Shown one piece after another: positions 1-12,390 of a DNA stretch of 64,000 nucleotides. Source of the stretch: Takakia lepidozioides (Eukaryota; Plantae; Bryophyta); assembly GCA_030704615.1 (NCBI GenBank), contig CM060731.1, positions 11,036,001-11,100,000 of the forward strand, given 5' to 3'. The position numbers and the translations under genes are program-made. The notes beneath the pieces were generated by a model. That model was not told the origin of the DNA. It did not search any database and was given only the letters and a program-made list of their open reading frames with translations. The stretch's first letter is position 1. Every line of letters begins with the position of its first letter.

Positions 1-260
1 GAGTGGGTCCAAGTGTTTTGGAGCCCATCTGCCTACAAATTACTTGTACATGTATTATATTATTATATTAAATGTAGATGTTTCCAAGAACTGTTGTCGG
101 GGCCATGTCATCTATTCATTATGTTTCTATGGGGAACCCGTTGATCGGGCTGCCAAAGCCACCCGCAACATTGAGGGTTCTTTCTATTTTGACCCGACTC
201 TCAACTATCAACTGCCCCTACATGTCTTCTCTGACACTCCAAGTCATGAAAGTAGGCCCA

Positions 261-311
261 AAACTGAGTGGGGATTGAACCCGCTGATCTGCCCATTTTG
301 CAGACAGTTCC
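261..311 (-). ncRNA. isolated degenerate anticodon-less tRNA-like unit (same fold as the 33.7-34.2 kb array)
   Basis: Minus strand reads GGAACTGT-CTGC AAAATGG GCAG-ATCA-GCGGG TTCAATC CCCAC-TCAGTTT: D-like hairpin, T-arm with B-box, imperfect acceptor-like stem. An A-box-like GTAGCTCAGCT lies upstream on the minus strand (about 370-360). Confidence 0.4.
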
Positions 312-663
312 CCTCCCACCCTGAAATCCTAACGACCAACCAAATCATGCAGCCACATAGCTGAGCTACAAAGAGAAGATGAGCAAGAAAAACAACAAAC
401 AACAAGCACATGTAGGAGCTGAGTATTGTCCGTTAAAAATCGTGCGCAGAAGAGATCAGCTCAACGTGAAGTGCACATGTGCAATGGCGGGCACTTAGTA
501 GCACATATATTGAAGGGCTGATGATCGCAATAGCCCCCATATTTGCATTCATATTGACACAGCGCCGCAACACTAACAGGCATTCACAGCATGCAATATG
601 GTATCTTTCATAGCATGGAATAACAAAAAACCGTTAAAGCATGGCCACATACTGGAACATTAA

Positions 664-1317
664 CCCTTAAACGCCCGCGAGGCCGAAACTGGGCCTCGAA
701 AGATTTTTCAGGAACCATAACTTTTTCATATCTTGATCAAATTTTGCAAAATCAAAGCCGTGGATTTTCTCCCATCGTCTAGTTTGCAGATGGGAACCCT
801 GATAGCTCTAATTCCTGATTAGATAGTTGCAATTGCGATTTTTTTGGAGCGGGGTATGTGGCGAAGCGTGGAGGTTCCCGCGTTGTGGTTGTGCACGCTC
901 CAGTTCCCGCACGTTTGCAGGTGGTCTGACACCCCTGCTTTGACCAACCACCAGCAGATGTACACTTGGCCAATTTGAGCACTTTTTGGCTTGTTGGATG
1001 TAGGATGTGGTGGGGATGACCAGTGAGATGCATCAGCCCAATCGAGTTCCATCCCGTCATCCAAATTTCAGGAAAACCACTTGCAATTTTATTTTTATTT
1101 TTTTTGCCCCAAAAAATGCACCCCACATGCAACGGTGGCGTTTTTCTGATTTCCATCCGATTGGCCTGGAATTTGGTAGGTGTATGCAGGGGGTAGTTAG
1201 GAAGATAATGTCAGGTCAAATTTTAAAATCCCTTTTTTCCCGGAAATTACAGGGTTTTTTCACCCCAGGGGTAGTGATTTTGGGAAAAGTCAAACTTACC
1301 CAGTGGGCGTTTAAGGG
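664..1317. mobile_element. non-autonomous piggyBac-like element
   Basis: TTAA at 660-663 and 1318-1321; perfect 13-bp TIR CCCTTAAACGCCC/GGGCGTTTAAGGG; subterminal region homologous to elements at 33091 and 39260. Confidence 0.85.
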
Positions 1318-1589
1318 TTAAAGGGAGGTAAAGGTAGTAGCCTTCATTTCTGTAAAACACTGGCAGAGCGTCGCATGAGCACTAACACCAGTGCAGCTTG
1401 CAAACACTTGTGCATAGTGCAACATGAAATACATCCATAAGTCCACGCAGTATGGCCACAACCAGCAAGTTCTTCGGGTAATAGCCAGCAGGGGACCTAA
1501 TTATCACGCACAACAGGAACCCATCATAGCTTGCAATATACAACAGTAGTATCACGAAATGGAGCAACGCATCTCTGTAAACATGCTAA

Positions 1590-2007
1590 GAGCATCCCCA
1601 CCCTTGAGCCCAAAAGACTCCCTGTAACGCCAAATTATTGTGATTGATTCAGGGCCTGTTGGGTTCTGTGGCGAGGCATCCCTGACTCACGCACACCCTT
1701 ATCCTTGAATTGCCCATGCTATCCCCGCGCACCTCGGTTCCCATTGGCATGAAGGGTCATGGTCGCGACGAAGATCTGACACGCACGCACTAGACATGGG
1801 CATGGTCACGTTGACTTGGATTCAGGGGCAGGTTCAGGGCCCTGAATATGGCGCTCGGGTTCAGGGCACAGAACGATATTCAATGCCCGTTTTTTATGGG
1901 ATATAGGGTTCAGGGCAAGGGTGTGTGAACGTTGTCCCGCCCACCTTGAAACTATATACCCCAATATTCTGTTGGTGTGCTGGGTTCAGTGTAGGGTGGG
2001 GATGCTC
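1590..2007. mobile_element. PIF/Harbinger (Tourist-like) MITE
   Basis: TIR GAGCATCCCCACCCT/AGGGTGGGGATGCTC flanked by TAA on both sides (1587-1589, 2008-2010); internal TTCAGGG repeats. Confidence 0.8.
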
Positions 2008-2010
2008 TAA

Positions 2011-2478
2011 GTGCGAAAGTGAATAGAATGAAAGAGAGGGAAAAGAAAAGCGTTTGAGTTGCCAAATGGGGGCCAAGGGAGAAATGGCAGCCGATGCCAC
2101 CCTACATATCTTGGGGATCCGCATAGCAAGGTGCCATAGCGGGTGCTTTCATGCCACATAGGGCGAACAACCTTCCTGGCCGCCGGCGGCTCACTTGAGC
2201 CGTTGGACCCCGGGTACATGCCCCCATACAAATTGGGCATGCAGATGGTCAACCCTGCGTGGCCCCTCTCCTGCCATGCGTTTTTTGACGAGCTGGTTTT
2301 TGCAAAAATTTGCAAGTCGGAGTTTTGCGCCAAAATTGATGTTTTCAATGCAGGGTGTGGGCCCTGTCAAAAAATTTATTGCTTCATGAACCATGTCTTT
2401 ACACAACATTTGAAAAAGATATGGCAATTTTTTTATAGGCCGAAATCCGATTTAGGTTGCTTAGGAAGTTCAAGGTTA
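2011..2478. mobile_element. probable right end of a second piggyBac-like family
   Basis: Ends GGAAGTTCAAGG-TTAA; the reverse complement (TTAACCTTGAACTTCCTAAGC) resembles the terminus at 46190 (TTAACCCTTGACCTCCCAAGC). Left end not found. Confidence 0.35.
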
Positions 2479-2804
2479 ATTCTATAATGTACATAAGAAC
2501 AATATTGAATTGTAAATACAATACTAGCAAACTGTAGCTCAATTGGATAGTACAGTGCGTGCCTGCAAATTGCCAGGTTACTTGGACAAAGATTAGTTTA
2601 TCCTCTCATTTTAATCAAGGGGCTTGAAAGATGAATCACATCATGTATGCTTTATATATATATATATATATATTTGCAGCATCCTCCATTTCCTCTGGGC
2701 CTAACACCAACCCTCCGCCAAGCCTGCCCACTAAAACCTCAACATCTGCCGTCAAAAATTGAATCAAGGAAAATTGATCATATAATATGGGGTATTATAA
2801 GACT

Positions 2805-3116
2805 CGAGTGCTCGAGTGCAGTGTTTTTTTTTTACGGCAAAAAATCGTCAAATTTCGACCTGGAAAATGGGTCAGCGCTACTTGTACAAAAGAATTAGGG
2901 GGGGGGGGTAAAATCTGAAATTTTCACAAATAAAACACCAGTAGTTGAGAATTAGGAGCTTAATTTTGTAGACGTGGACCAGTTAAAACATGCCACTTGG
3001 AATATAGCCATTTTTCTAGCCCTGTCACCTCGTTATTCTCGCAGTGGGCACGGGATAGAATTCACATGTGGCCTCGCCTACCATTTTGGAAAAATAAAAA
3101 TAAAACACTGCTCGAG
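2805..3116. repeat. inverted-repeat-bounded MITE-like segment
   Basis: CTCGAGTGCAGTGTTTT near 2811 versus AAAACACTGCTCGAG near 3102-3116; TSD unclear. Confidence 0.35.
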
Positions 3117-3499
3117 AGACTCCTCCTGGAGGAGATGTAAATTACAACATCCTTCATCACCAAGCACTAGTGCCTTCCATTGGAAAGAGGATGCTTTGAA
3201 CCCTAGATCACTTAACTTACGAATAGACACGGCACAAACACCCATTTGGGCTACCTGCTTTAGTACAAGATTATAATGTTTTAATGGGGTCAAAACTTAT
3301 TGGCTCTCTTTTGTATAGAGACTATGCATAGTGTTGAAGTCAACGGAACAATGTGGTCAAAGACCTTACACCAAACCTTACACCATGTCAAGGCTCCGAT
3401 TGGTGTGTTGTGCTGAGTCATGCCCCTTAGTCAAGTCACCTCCCTTTATGTTTTGCCGAGCAAGAGAGTTTTGGGGCTTATTATTTTGTGTGTGGCTAA

Positions 3500-3707
3500 A
3501 TTGTCAGTGCGGCAGCTGCAGTATGGTATATATGACTGCAGTGAGAGATATTACTTGGTTCATATGACTGTAGTCATCCGGACCGTACCATCCTGTACTC
3601 ATTGTATTGACTTGGTTTGCACGACTTACAGTCATAGAAGTCATATGTACCGTTTATGACTGCAGAATAGTCATATATAGTCATAAATACCGCGATCTGT
3701 TGTAGTG
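3500..3707. mobile_element. CACTA (EnSpm) element terminus with subterminal repeats
   Basis: Ends TTGTAGTG (rc CACTACAA) preceded by clustered ATGACTG/AGTCAT subterminal motifs; other end not found. Confidence 0.55.
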
Positions 3708-6700
3708 TATGTTAGCCAATCTACAAAGTTCTAAGTAAGAACAAACATTAAGATCAATAAGATGTAGGATTTTCAGATCTTACACATCAATTTTTCTATG
3801 CATTATTTTCTACATCTTATTATAGATTTATGAAGTCATGAAATCTTATAGACGTACTTTTGTTTAATATTCATATAGAGATAATGCAACAAATTTGTAC
3901 ATATACGAATTGTACATATAATAGATGATGAATGTCTGTTACCACTCCTCGTGAACCCATGTTTTTTTATTCATCACCTCTATCCACCGGCCTTTCCAAA
4001 ACGATCGAGATGCAAAGTGAATAACATGATTCGTTTTATTTTGTTAATGTTGAAATGGTTTGTTACACCCTAATAAATGAGTCCAAGGATGTATATGCGT
4101 CCATGACGAATATACGAGGGGGCAAATATGTTGTCCATTTGAACCTTCATCTCGAATGGGTTATACTTGACCGTCAATCATCAAGACATTGGTGTTGTTT
4201 AGCTTATTTAAAAAAAATTGCGTTGTTCTGATTGGAGTAGTTTGGTTGTCCTAAACATCATCATACATACTCATAGAGTTTAAAGAGCCAGTGCAATAAT
4301 CTAGAGAGTTTCTATTGAAATTTGTGAACTAAACTAAAGAAATTTGAATTGTATATCCCCCGTGGATAGTAGTTTATTCCTCTCTCTCGGTCTTGCTGCC
4401 TGGTCTGTGCGCATTCAAATGAGAACCGTTTCACTGGTGTTGCATCTAGCATATGACTTATTGGCACGAAAAACTAACGTTCTTGTATATTGAGAGAGTT
4501 TTTGCTTTGGATATTGCACGATATCCCAATACAATCAACTTTATTAGTAACAGTTGTACTTATGTATGTGTTTTTGTGTGTGGATGCGTTTTTTTGCCTC
4601 CGATGAGTACATATATTTTATTTGAATTTTTATATACGAACTATAATTAAATTGATGATCATGTGTATTGTTTTCGAGTATGTTTGGGATTAAGCACAAA
4701 GGGATATCGGTAGTACACGTCTATGCTCTGGGGATAACCTTGAAGAAGCAGCCTCTGAGGGGAGCAAGAAGAAGTATGCCGAACTCCCCTCGGTTCTCTT
4801 TAATAGATGAGAGGTTAGAATTTCAGTGAAGGAGATTTCCGGAGTCATGGGACTCCCCTCCTCTTTGCATTTCTGTAGGTTGGCTGAGTGTTGCATAGAC
4901 AGTAGGAATAAGTTTGATTGTCACTTTGCAGACTTGACCTCGTTGCGTGAAGCCGTGAAGAACTGTAGGTCACTCTTTCAGCGTCATCGATCTCTCCACA
5001 TTAGAGAAAAAACTTCATATTGTTGGGAAGACCATTTTCTTAAGATGGCACAAATAACATGCATCAGCAGGACTTCAATGTGTCATGTGCCACGTCATGA
5101 GTTTCCCAAATGATGATTGATAAATTGTGTCTTCAAGCGTGTGATGAGTGGAAAACAATAACCACCATGCTTTCTACCTACAAAGATCAACACTGCATTC
5201 TACATCACTCACGAAAGATATCTAAGCCATCCAAATTCATGAGCTGCTATTAACCCATATGAATACAAAGATTAAGACAAAAATTTAAATTTCCAAATAC
5301 ATTAGAAGAATCACAACAAATTGTTGGGCTGCAAAAAGATGTGGTTTGTAAACCTGTTACCAATCACATTTGCAAAGAATGGCAAACAAGCTAATGGCAG
5401 GGGGTGGGAGGGAGCAGGACTAGGAGCAACACTCCAACACTTGTCATGTCTTGTTTTACCTACTTTAAGAATTTGTTTATCTTGTTCTTCATTTTCTCTC
5501 TTGCTTTTACGCACGATGCAATATGCTCACTTAACATGGTGACGCGCATGCAGATTAAATGGTTTTTTGGACCATGTCAATATGGGTGCAGATGGCTGCC
5601 TTGTCAGGGGCTGCGTTGAAGCTTAGTACATTTATCAAGACATTGATATTGCTCAGCCATTGGACTTGCTCATCAAAGTCGTTTCACAATTTACCAAACT
5701 ACGAGTTTCCTGGTTTGGCATGCTGATGCTTCCTTTTGACTTATGTTTTGCTGCCTTTGATGAGATTGTTTCTAATTGGCTATTCGCTAGGAGTGACTGA
5801 TGTCTAATGACTTTTTTCCAGACCTTCTTAAAGTGAGTTGACTTCTCTGCATAAGTGTAAGATGTTGATAAGTGGATAACATCCTCGCATGCCTACAGTG
5901 TTAGAAGAGGCATTCATATCCCCACATAAATGGAGGTGATGTAATTCGACGGTGTAGATAGCCTTCGTATAGATCACGTGGTTTGATTCGATCACATGGT
6001 TTAATTCAATTTTTGTCATAAACGGTGCATATTGAGGGTGAAACTGCATGTTGGAAACTTTGGTTTTTTACTTTGAGAACATCGACATATTGCATGCAAT
6101 ATAATGATCCCCCACGTCTTTTATTTCTTTCAATACGAAGATCACAATACAACTTACTTAAAAGCATGACATTTGGACATGCGGTCATGTTTTCAAGAGA
6201 CCTAAATGCATTTGACTTTCTAAAAGTACCAAAGGCTGAGACACTAAAGGTAGTGCCAAAGTTGACAAAATTTTCAATTGTCGGAGTAAGAATCTTGAGT
6301 TAAAAATGATTCGGTTAAATGATCAAAACATATTTCCCAAAGAGAATCAACAGAGATGATACTTGATCAAATACATTTTACAAAATGGCAAAAATCTAAA
6401 CAATGTGCAAGCATTTCTTCACAAAACATACATCAATTATGAGGAGAGGCCGAACAAGAAGCTAGAGGTAGAATCTGAGAGAAAAGATTGGGGAAACCAT
6501 TTTCCCATAAGCACCATGATTCCAAAGCTACCCAATATCCACACTTCTCAAACCACCTAGCTAAATTGTTTTTTGACAAAGTTGCTTCCAACACAAAACG
6601 ATCGCCTTACGATCAACGTCTCCCTAAGAATATATTAGCTTTAAGTTTTTTAATAATGATGTTATCCGGGGACCAAGTAGAGGTGAGCTTGAGCCAAAAC

Positions 6701-6779
6701 CATGTAAATTCTAGTCAACCATAAATGTTTATCTAAATTAAAAAACCCTTTGATGCTATGCCTTAAAATGGAATAAAAA

Positions 6780-7150
6780 AATTATATGTAATTCTAAGAT
6801 AATTTGGATATATAAAAAGACAAGGAAAAAAAGATGTTTATGCTCAACTTCTTTAGGATTGCACAACTCACAAAACTGAACTTCTTTGTCCATCCTCCAA
6901 TCTCAATCTTTAGACAATGAAATACAACTCTCTATATTCCAGGACTGCTATATAGCTTTCTTACTAGGGTTCATAACCCCTATATCTGATAATAGTTTTG
7001 TGATCATTTTGATACATTCGATCACTCACGAGATAGCAACCCCCTCTAGATACCAACATGTCCAAAATTCTCTTAAAAGGTGGTTGGGATTATTTGTTCA
7101 ATCCATTTTTTCAAATTAATGTGTAATTCTACATATGCACTCTGGGGCCT
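6780..7150 (-). mobile_element. degenerate RTE/RTEX-like LINE C-terminal fragment
   Basis: Minus-strand frameshifted translation HCLKIEIGGW...CELCNPKEVEHKH resembles the SHxLxIExGRW...CxxC...VExExH motif of RTEX LINEs. Confidence 0.4.
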
Positions 7151-7629
7151 AGTATCTAACGCGTCTATAGGTCCTTCCATTGGATATGACCATTTTTTAT
7201 TTATTTTATTATTATTACTTTATCTAGTGTTGCTATTAAATTATGCCATCCATTTCTTGAGAGTGTCCATGATATCTGTTTTTTATCCAACAAATATCAT
7301 AGTGATATTTTTTACAAATATTTTGCATCTTAAATTGTTCCATTTTTATCTCTTATCTCTATCCTATGAACATATTTGTTTCATAATGATATTATTCTAG
7401 GGGATTTATAATGAGAATAATCTCAAAATATTCCAATGTACATGTCGCATGAGCTTATTCTCAATCTCATGTGTTTTAAAATTTTATCTTGTGACTCATA
7501 TATCAATATATGAGTATATATATATTGTAGTAAAAAAGAATATATTTTGGCACATCCTGGCCATGAGATGCTGCGCTCAAGGTCATCGGACATCGTGCGA
7601 GGGCACGTGGTGGCACTCAATGCACTATC

Positions 7630-9582
7630 CAACTAAGCAACCAACTAGGGGTAACATAATAATATTTTTTGGAATAATCACAATAACAGTGATCACCCTA
7701 TGCTGGCTAGCCCCCCCCCGGAATGTTCACATTTGCTATATTTGACCCACGTACGATCATCTATGAATCAACCCCACCATTACCAAAGTATATGAAGTAT
7801 CCAGAGCCATCCCTCTAAATTAGTCTATGTACACCACTCAGACAGCCCACAAATACCATGTACTTTCTTTGCACAATTAAAGCAAATATTAAACTAGTTG
7901 TTTGGCCCTACTGCCATAGTCTATGAACCGCAACAAGTGCCCCACATCTACCCTCGCATCAACCCAGACAAATGGAATATGGCCACCCCACGACCACCTT
8001 GGTAAACCCAACAACAACACCCATTCGGACAAATGCCGGACTTTACAAACTTAGCCCCTTTAAAATTCCCTTCCCACCAATGTGTATATACAGATGTCTC
8101 CCTAAAAGATGCACATGCAGGGTATGGTACATACTCTCCCAATAACAATTCAAGAACATACAACCGTCTTCCAGGTCGTCAAAATATTTTACGTATAGAA
8201 CTCATGGCTATACATGATGTGTTGAAAGCACTACCATGTCATCTTGGTTCGACCACCTACTACCTCTTTACAGATAGCTTAGTCTCTTTGTATCTCCTCT
8301 CTAACCAAAACCTTAAATCCTCCTCCCAAATTCATCACCCTGACCGTCACCTCATTAATGCCATCATAGATATTGTATACTCATCCCCAATACAAATTCA
8401 TCTCCACAAAGTCAGATCCCATATAAGTATCACGGGTAATGAGATAGCAGACGAACTTGCCCAACTTGGAATCATCCAACCTACTACTTACCCCACGACT
8501 GACTCTATTCACTTGGCATATCCATTCTAGCTGACATCCACTAAAGCTAGATTCCCGGACATAGCCCCCATTCGGGACCTGCATGCATATATGACAGAAG
8601 AAACTATGGATCAAATCCGTGCATCGCCCACCTTTCTAAAACCCTAGGTATATATCCAAATGGGTTACGCCACCTCAGCTGCTCCACCATATGTCTAATC
8701 ACTTATGGAAATCTCCAATAATCACTGATGCCCAAATTAAACAAACTCTCCGATTTCGATACGGACAATACATGGGCAATCAACGGCGTAATTTATTTTG
8801 GCCTATATTATATTCTAACAAGAACTGCACGTTATGTTATTCCCAACCCCCTCGAGTGGACACATGGCCGCATCTTCTTTTCCACTGTAAACATCCCATT
8901 ATCCATGGACTTCACATTACTCGACATAATCAAGGAGTTTGGCAACTCCATAAACTTCTTCTCACACACCCTAAAACTAGATGGTACAACCTCATTAATG
9001 CAGGCACATTTCAAGGTAGGCCACCGGACCACACAATACCTTCATGGTTGCTACCATGTACATGCGCTAATCACCCATGCCTCTGTTTGGCAAGATTATG
9101 TCCAGATATTCTTCTTGTCCAAGGACTCCCCATCTCGTCGACAGCACCAACAGGTCCACTCCCCTCCCTCACTATCCACATCATTGAATTTACCTTCTGT
9201 CATGACAGAGATCCCGACCAATCCATTATGTTCAAACGTGAAAATACGAACCCCTAGTTCTAGCCCTCCGTCAATAAGGATGGAACACTGCCCCTCTGAC
9301 AATTATCACCACTGGTGTCAAAGGGGGAGCTCACTGTCACAACAGTCTAATCCTAAACAAAAACCTTGAACTGCCTCATAAATATACCCCCCCCCCTATT
9401 ACGAACATTACACTTCACGGCCATCACTTCACTAACAGCCATTATCCTCAACAAAAGGAAGATTGAAAGTGGCCAGCTTGTCGCTTAGTAACTGGTTCTT
9501 GTTACCATAGAGCCCACCCCCCAAAGGGAGCAGTACCCACACGGGGAAGAGGCTCTTATTTATGCTAGCTTTGGCTAGCGTC
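7630..9582 (+). mobile_element. 5'-truncated non-LTR retrotransposon with RNase H, zinc finger and restriction-like endonuclease (Dualen/RandI-like)
   Basis: ORF 8033-8530: RNase H motifs (YTD, RIELMAI, FTDS, KVRSHISITGNEIADELA). ORF 8691-9257: CTLC..H....C, RHN, PDILL, IIEFT (PD-(D/E)xK RLE). 3' end has a hairpin followed by (AT)n. The 5' boundary is approximate. Confidence 0.75.
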
Positions 9583-9776
9583 ATATATATATATATATAT
9601 ATTACGCAAGGGATCGCTTGTTATAGAACGATCATCATTGTTAGATTACAACCTAACCGACATATGAGTCAATGGGTCCAATCAAAGACGATATGTACGT
9701 GCTATTTTATAAATAGGAAACACATCCATTTTGTTCAGATGTACCGAGTTTCAAGTTCTCTCGCATATATGACCCT

Positions 9777-10290
9777 GCCTCTCATTGTTTAATAATAGGG
9801 TCATGAATGCACGGGCGGGCCCCGCCAGTATGACCATGGGGTGAGCTCATAAGCCCACCGCCCATTCACCGGGTCGGCGAGATTCTGAATTTTTTCTAAG
9901 TCCTTGTTAATCTACAGTGGCAGACCTTCTAGCGGACTAGGCAGACCCTCCAGCAGACCCTTTCGACAAAATATATATTCAATAACACACATTACTGCCA
10001 CGACACAACATAACAATATTTGAACTCCATGCCTCATGTTTATCATTCATTGCTCTTAACCACCACACTACCCGCCACTTTCTAAAAGTCCTTGCAATAA
10101 CTAATGTGTTATGTGCATATTGTGGGCCCCAGCAGACCAGCCTGCCGGGTAGACCTAGCAAGCAGACCGGCGGGGATTGGCGGGTCCGGGTAGGGGCGCT
10201 CCCACCCTTCGCAACCCTTCTGCCACACGCGGGCCCCGCCGCAGCCACACGCGCGGGCATTCATGACCCTATTATTGTTAAATGAGAAGC
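9777..10290. mobile_element. Mutator-like MITE
   Basis: About 45-bp imperfect TIR (GCYTCTCATT...AATAATAGGGTCATGAATGC); 9-bp TSD TATGACCCT (9768-9776) / TATGACCCC (10291-10299). Confidence 0.7.
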
Positions 10291-10822
10291 TATGACCCCC
10301 TACTAATCAGCACAATATGTACTGCACAAATCAATCAAAACTAATAAGTTATTTTAAAATACTCATAATCATGCTCTTGAAACATAATGTTCTTAAAAAA
10401 GAAATAGAAAACGGTGGACAAGCCCTGGAAACACTCTCATTTCTAAGTACAATATGTTGGAATATAATCATTAGGACTAATACAATGGAATAAGCTGAAG
10501 TTTGGATAATACCACTTTATGTTGAACTCATAATTCTAGAGCTCCACTTCCTTAGCATCCACCCAATAGGAGAGCGGTTAGGGCACAAACTTGCCTTACA
10601 AGCAATAGAGGGTTCAAAGTCAATATGTTAGGGGTTACCCATTACTGCCAGCTGAGTTGTAAAGGAGGATCATCCTATCAACCGGTCATCTAATTTGTGT
10701 GTATTTTGAGGATTTTTGAGTTGTGGAGAGCCTTGTTGCCCAATAATAGCAATTAGAATTTTAATATCCACCAGTATTGGGCGGTTCTTTGCTTTTTATG
10801 AGAACCGACCGTTCCCCACATC

Positions 10823-11075
10823 GGGTGGTAGCTCAGCTGGTAAGTGCACGTGTATCGCCCTGGTGGGTCGGGGTTCAAATCCGCTGCCCTGCCTAGTGTG
10901 TGGATTGTTAGTGACAGGTTGGTCTGGTGGTGACGTTTCCCTCCTGTGCATGCATGGCTTGTCTGAAAGGGGGTTAATTTTTCCACCTCCTCAAGGGCCT
11001 GAATTGTGAGCAGTCGCTCCCAGGTTTCCTTGGAAGGGAAGGAAAAAAGAAAAAAGAAAAAAGAAAAAGAAAAAA
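10823..11075 (+). mobile_element. tRNA-derived SINE, copy 1
   Basis: A-box TAGCTCAGCTGG, B-box GGTTCAAATCC, body, A-rich tail; homologous copy at 41690-41915. Confidence 0.85.
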
Positions 11076-11161
11076 CTCTGTTCCAGTTTGGAAGTGGACG
11101 GCGGAATCTGCCGGTGCTGGGGTCTAAAGGATCCACTATGTATCTTTCCGGTACCCATTAA

Positions 11162-12390
11162 TCCTTAAGTGGTATATCCACCCATTTTGGGTCGGTTGGG
11201 TTCACTTAACCAGCCATAACTTCCTGTGGTTAAGGCTGATTGGCCTTTTTTGGGCTCAATCGACAAATAATCGGGTCCCCCTTCATATGGCATTGGCCAA
11301 TTGGTCAATGACTGAAGGGGTAGGGGTCTGGACCAATTGGAAGGTGGCCAACTCAGCTTTTTGAGGCCATTTTGGCGCCCTTAACCTGCCCAAGTTGCTG
11401 ACATGGCAACTGCGGTCAGGTTAGGGTGAATGAATGATACCCCATAAAGGGATGGGCGGCACACTTCCCCAAACCCATTGATTGCCCGGCATGGGTATGG
11501 CGGTCTGGGTATTCCCAGGCCTGCGCCCTAACCTGAGATCGACGGCGATGGCAGCTCTGGCCCACACCATGGGCTCATAGCAGGCCGGGCTGGAGGGAGT
11601 GCAGCCGCTATGGCGGCAGAGCTCGCGGCTTGAGAAAACTCCCATGAGGAGTGGGCCAAACCTAGGGCGGGGGTTTGATAGGGTTGGGGGTGGGGTGGGC
11701 CCCCATCAAAGCAGGGCCGGGTAGCCAGAGGAGCTCCCAAACCCCGTGCCCTTCTGGGCTACTGCTTCAAAATGTCCTAGGCCTGCAGGCTATAACATAG
11801 GTGTGCCATTTGAAGTCTTGGGGACGGGAACCTAAAGATGCGGTGGCATTGGCTGATTGGTCCCAAACTTTGTCTGGGACTTCATATGAATGCCCATGAC
11901 ATTTCAACCGGAGGGGATTGACCGGCTGAAGTTTTTTGTATACTTTTAGGAAGAGAGATTTTGGCCTGCCCAAAGAAAATGGCATATTTTGACCCCCCCA
12001 ATTTGTCACTACAAAGGAGCCCACTTGAGAACATTTCAGAAAAAACTGAAAATTTCTGAGAATGTGTCAGTGTTATCAGGTATGGAACAACATTCTTGAG
12101 ACTCTCAAAAAGAAAAAATTAAAACTGCCCAAATACAATAAAAAAACTGCTTTTTTTGGCACCTATTTCTTAGTGGAGATTTTTTTTTGTCCCCACTCTA
12201 CACTTCATAATCTTCAGATCTGGCGGTTGGATTTGGATGAAACATTTTGTGGTGGGAGGTGCGGTAGGTGGGAAGTAATTCCAACGGTCAGTTTTACAGG
12301 GACACAGAGATTCTCCAGATAAAAAAGTTTTTGTGGGCCAGGGTCATGTTTTTCCACAGAAGGGTGAAAATGAGTTTTGGCACTTAAGGG
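11162..12390. mobile_element. non-autonomous piggyBac-like element
   Basis: TTAA at 11158-11161 and 12391-12394; TIR TCCTTAAGTG / CACTTAAGGG; right end matches the terminus at 33091 (CCCTTAAGTGCC). Confidence 0.7.

Noticed and set aside
2532-2590. tRNA gene (TAGCTCAATTGG A-box)
   Set aside because: No B-box or cloverleaf; at most a decayed SINE head.
8728-9369. 213-aa overlapping ORF
   Set aside because: Alternative frame of the LINE endonuclease region with no recognisable motifs.
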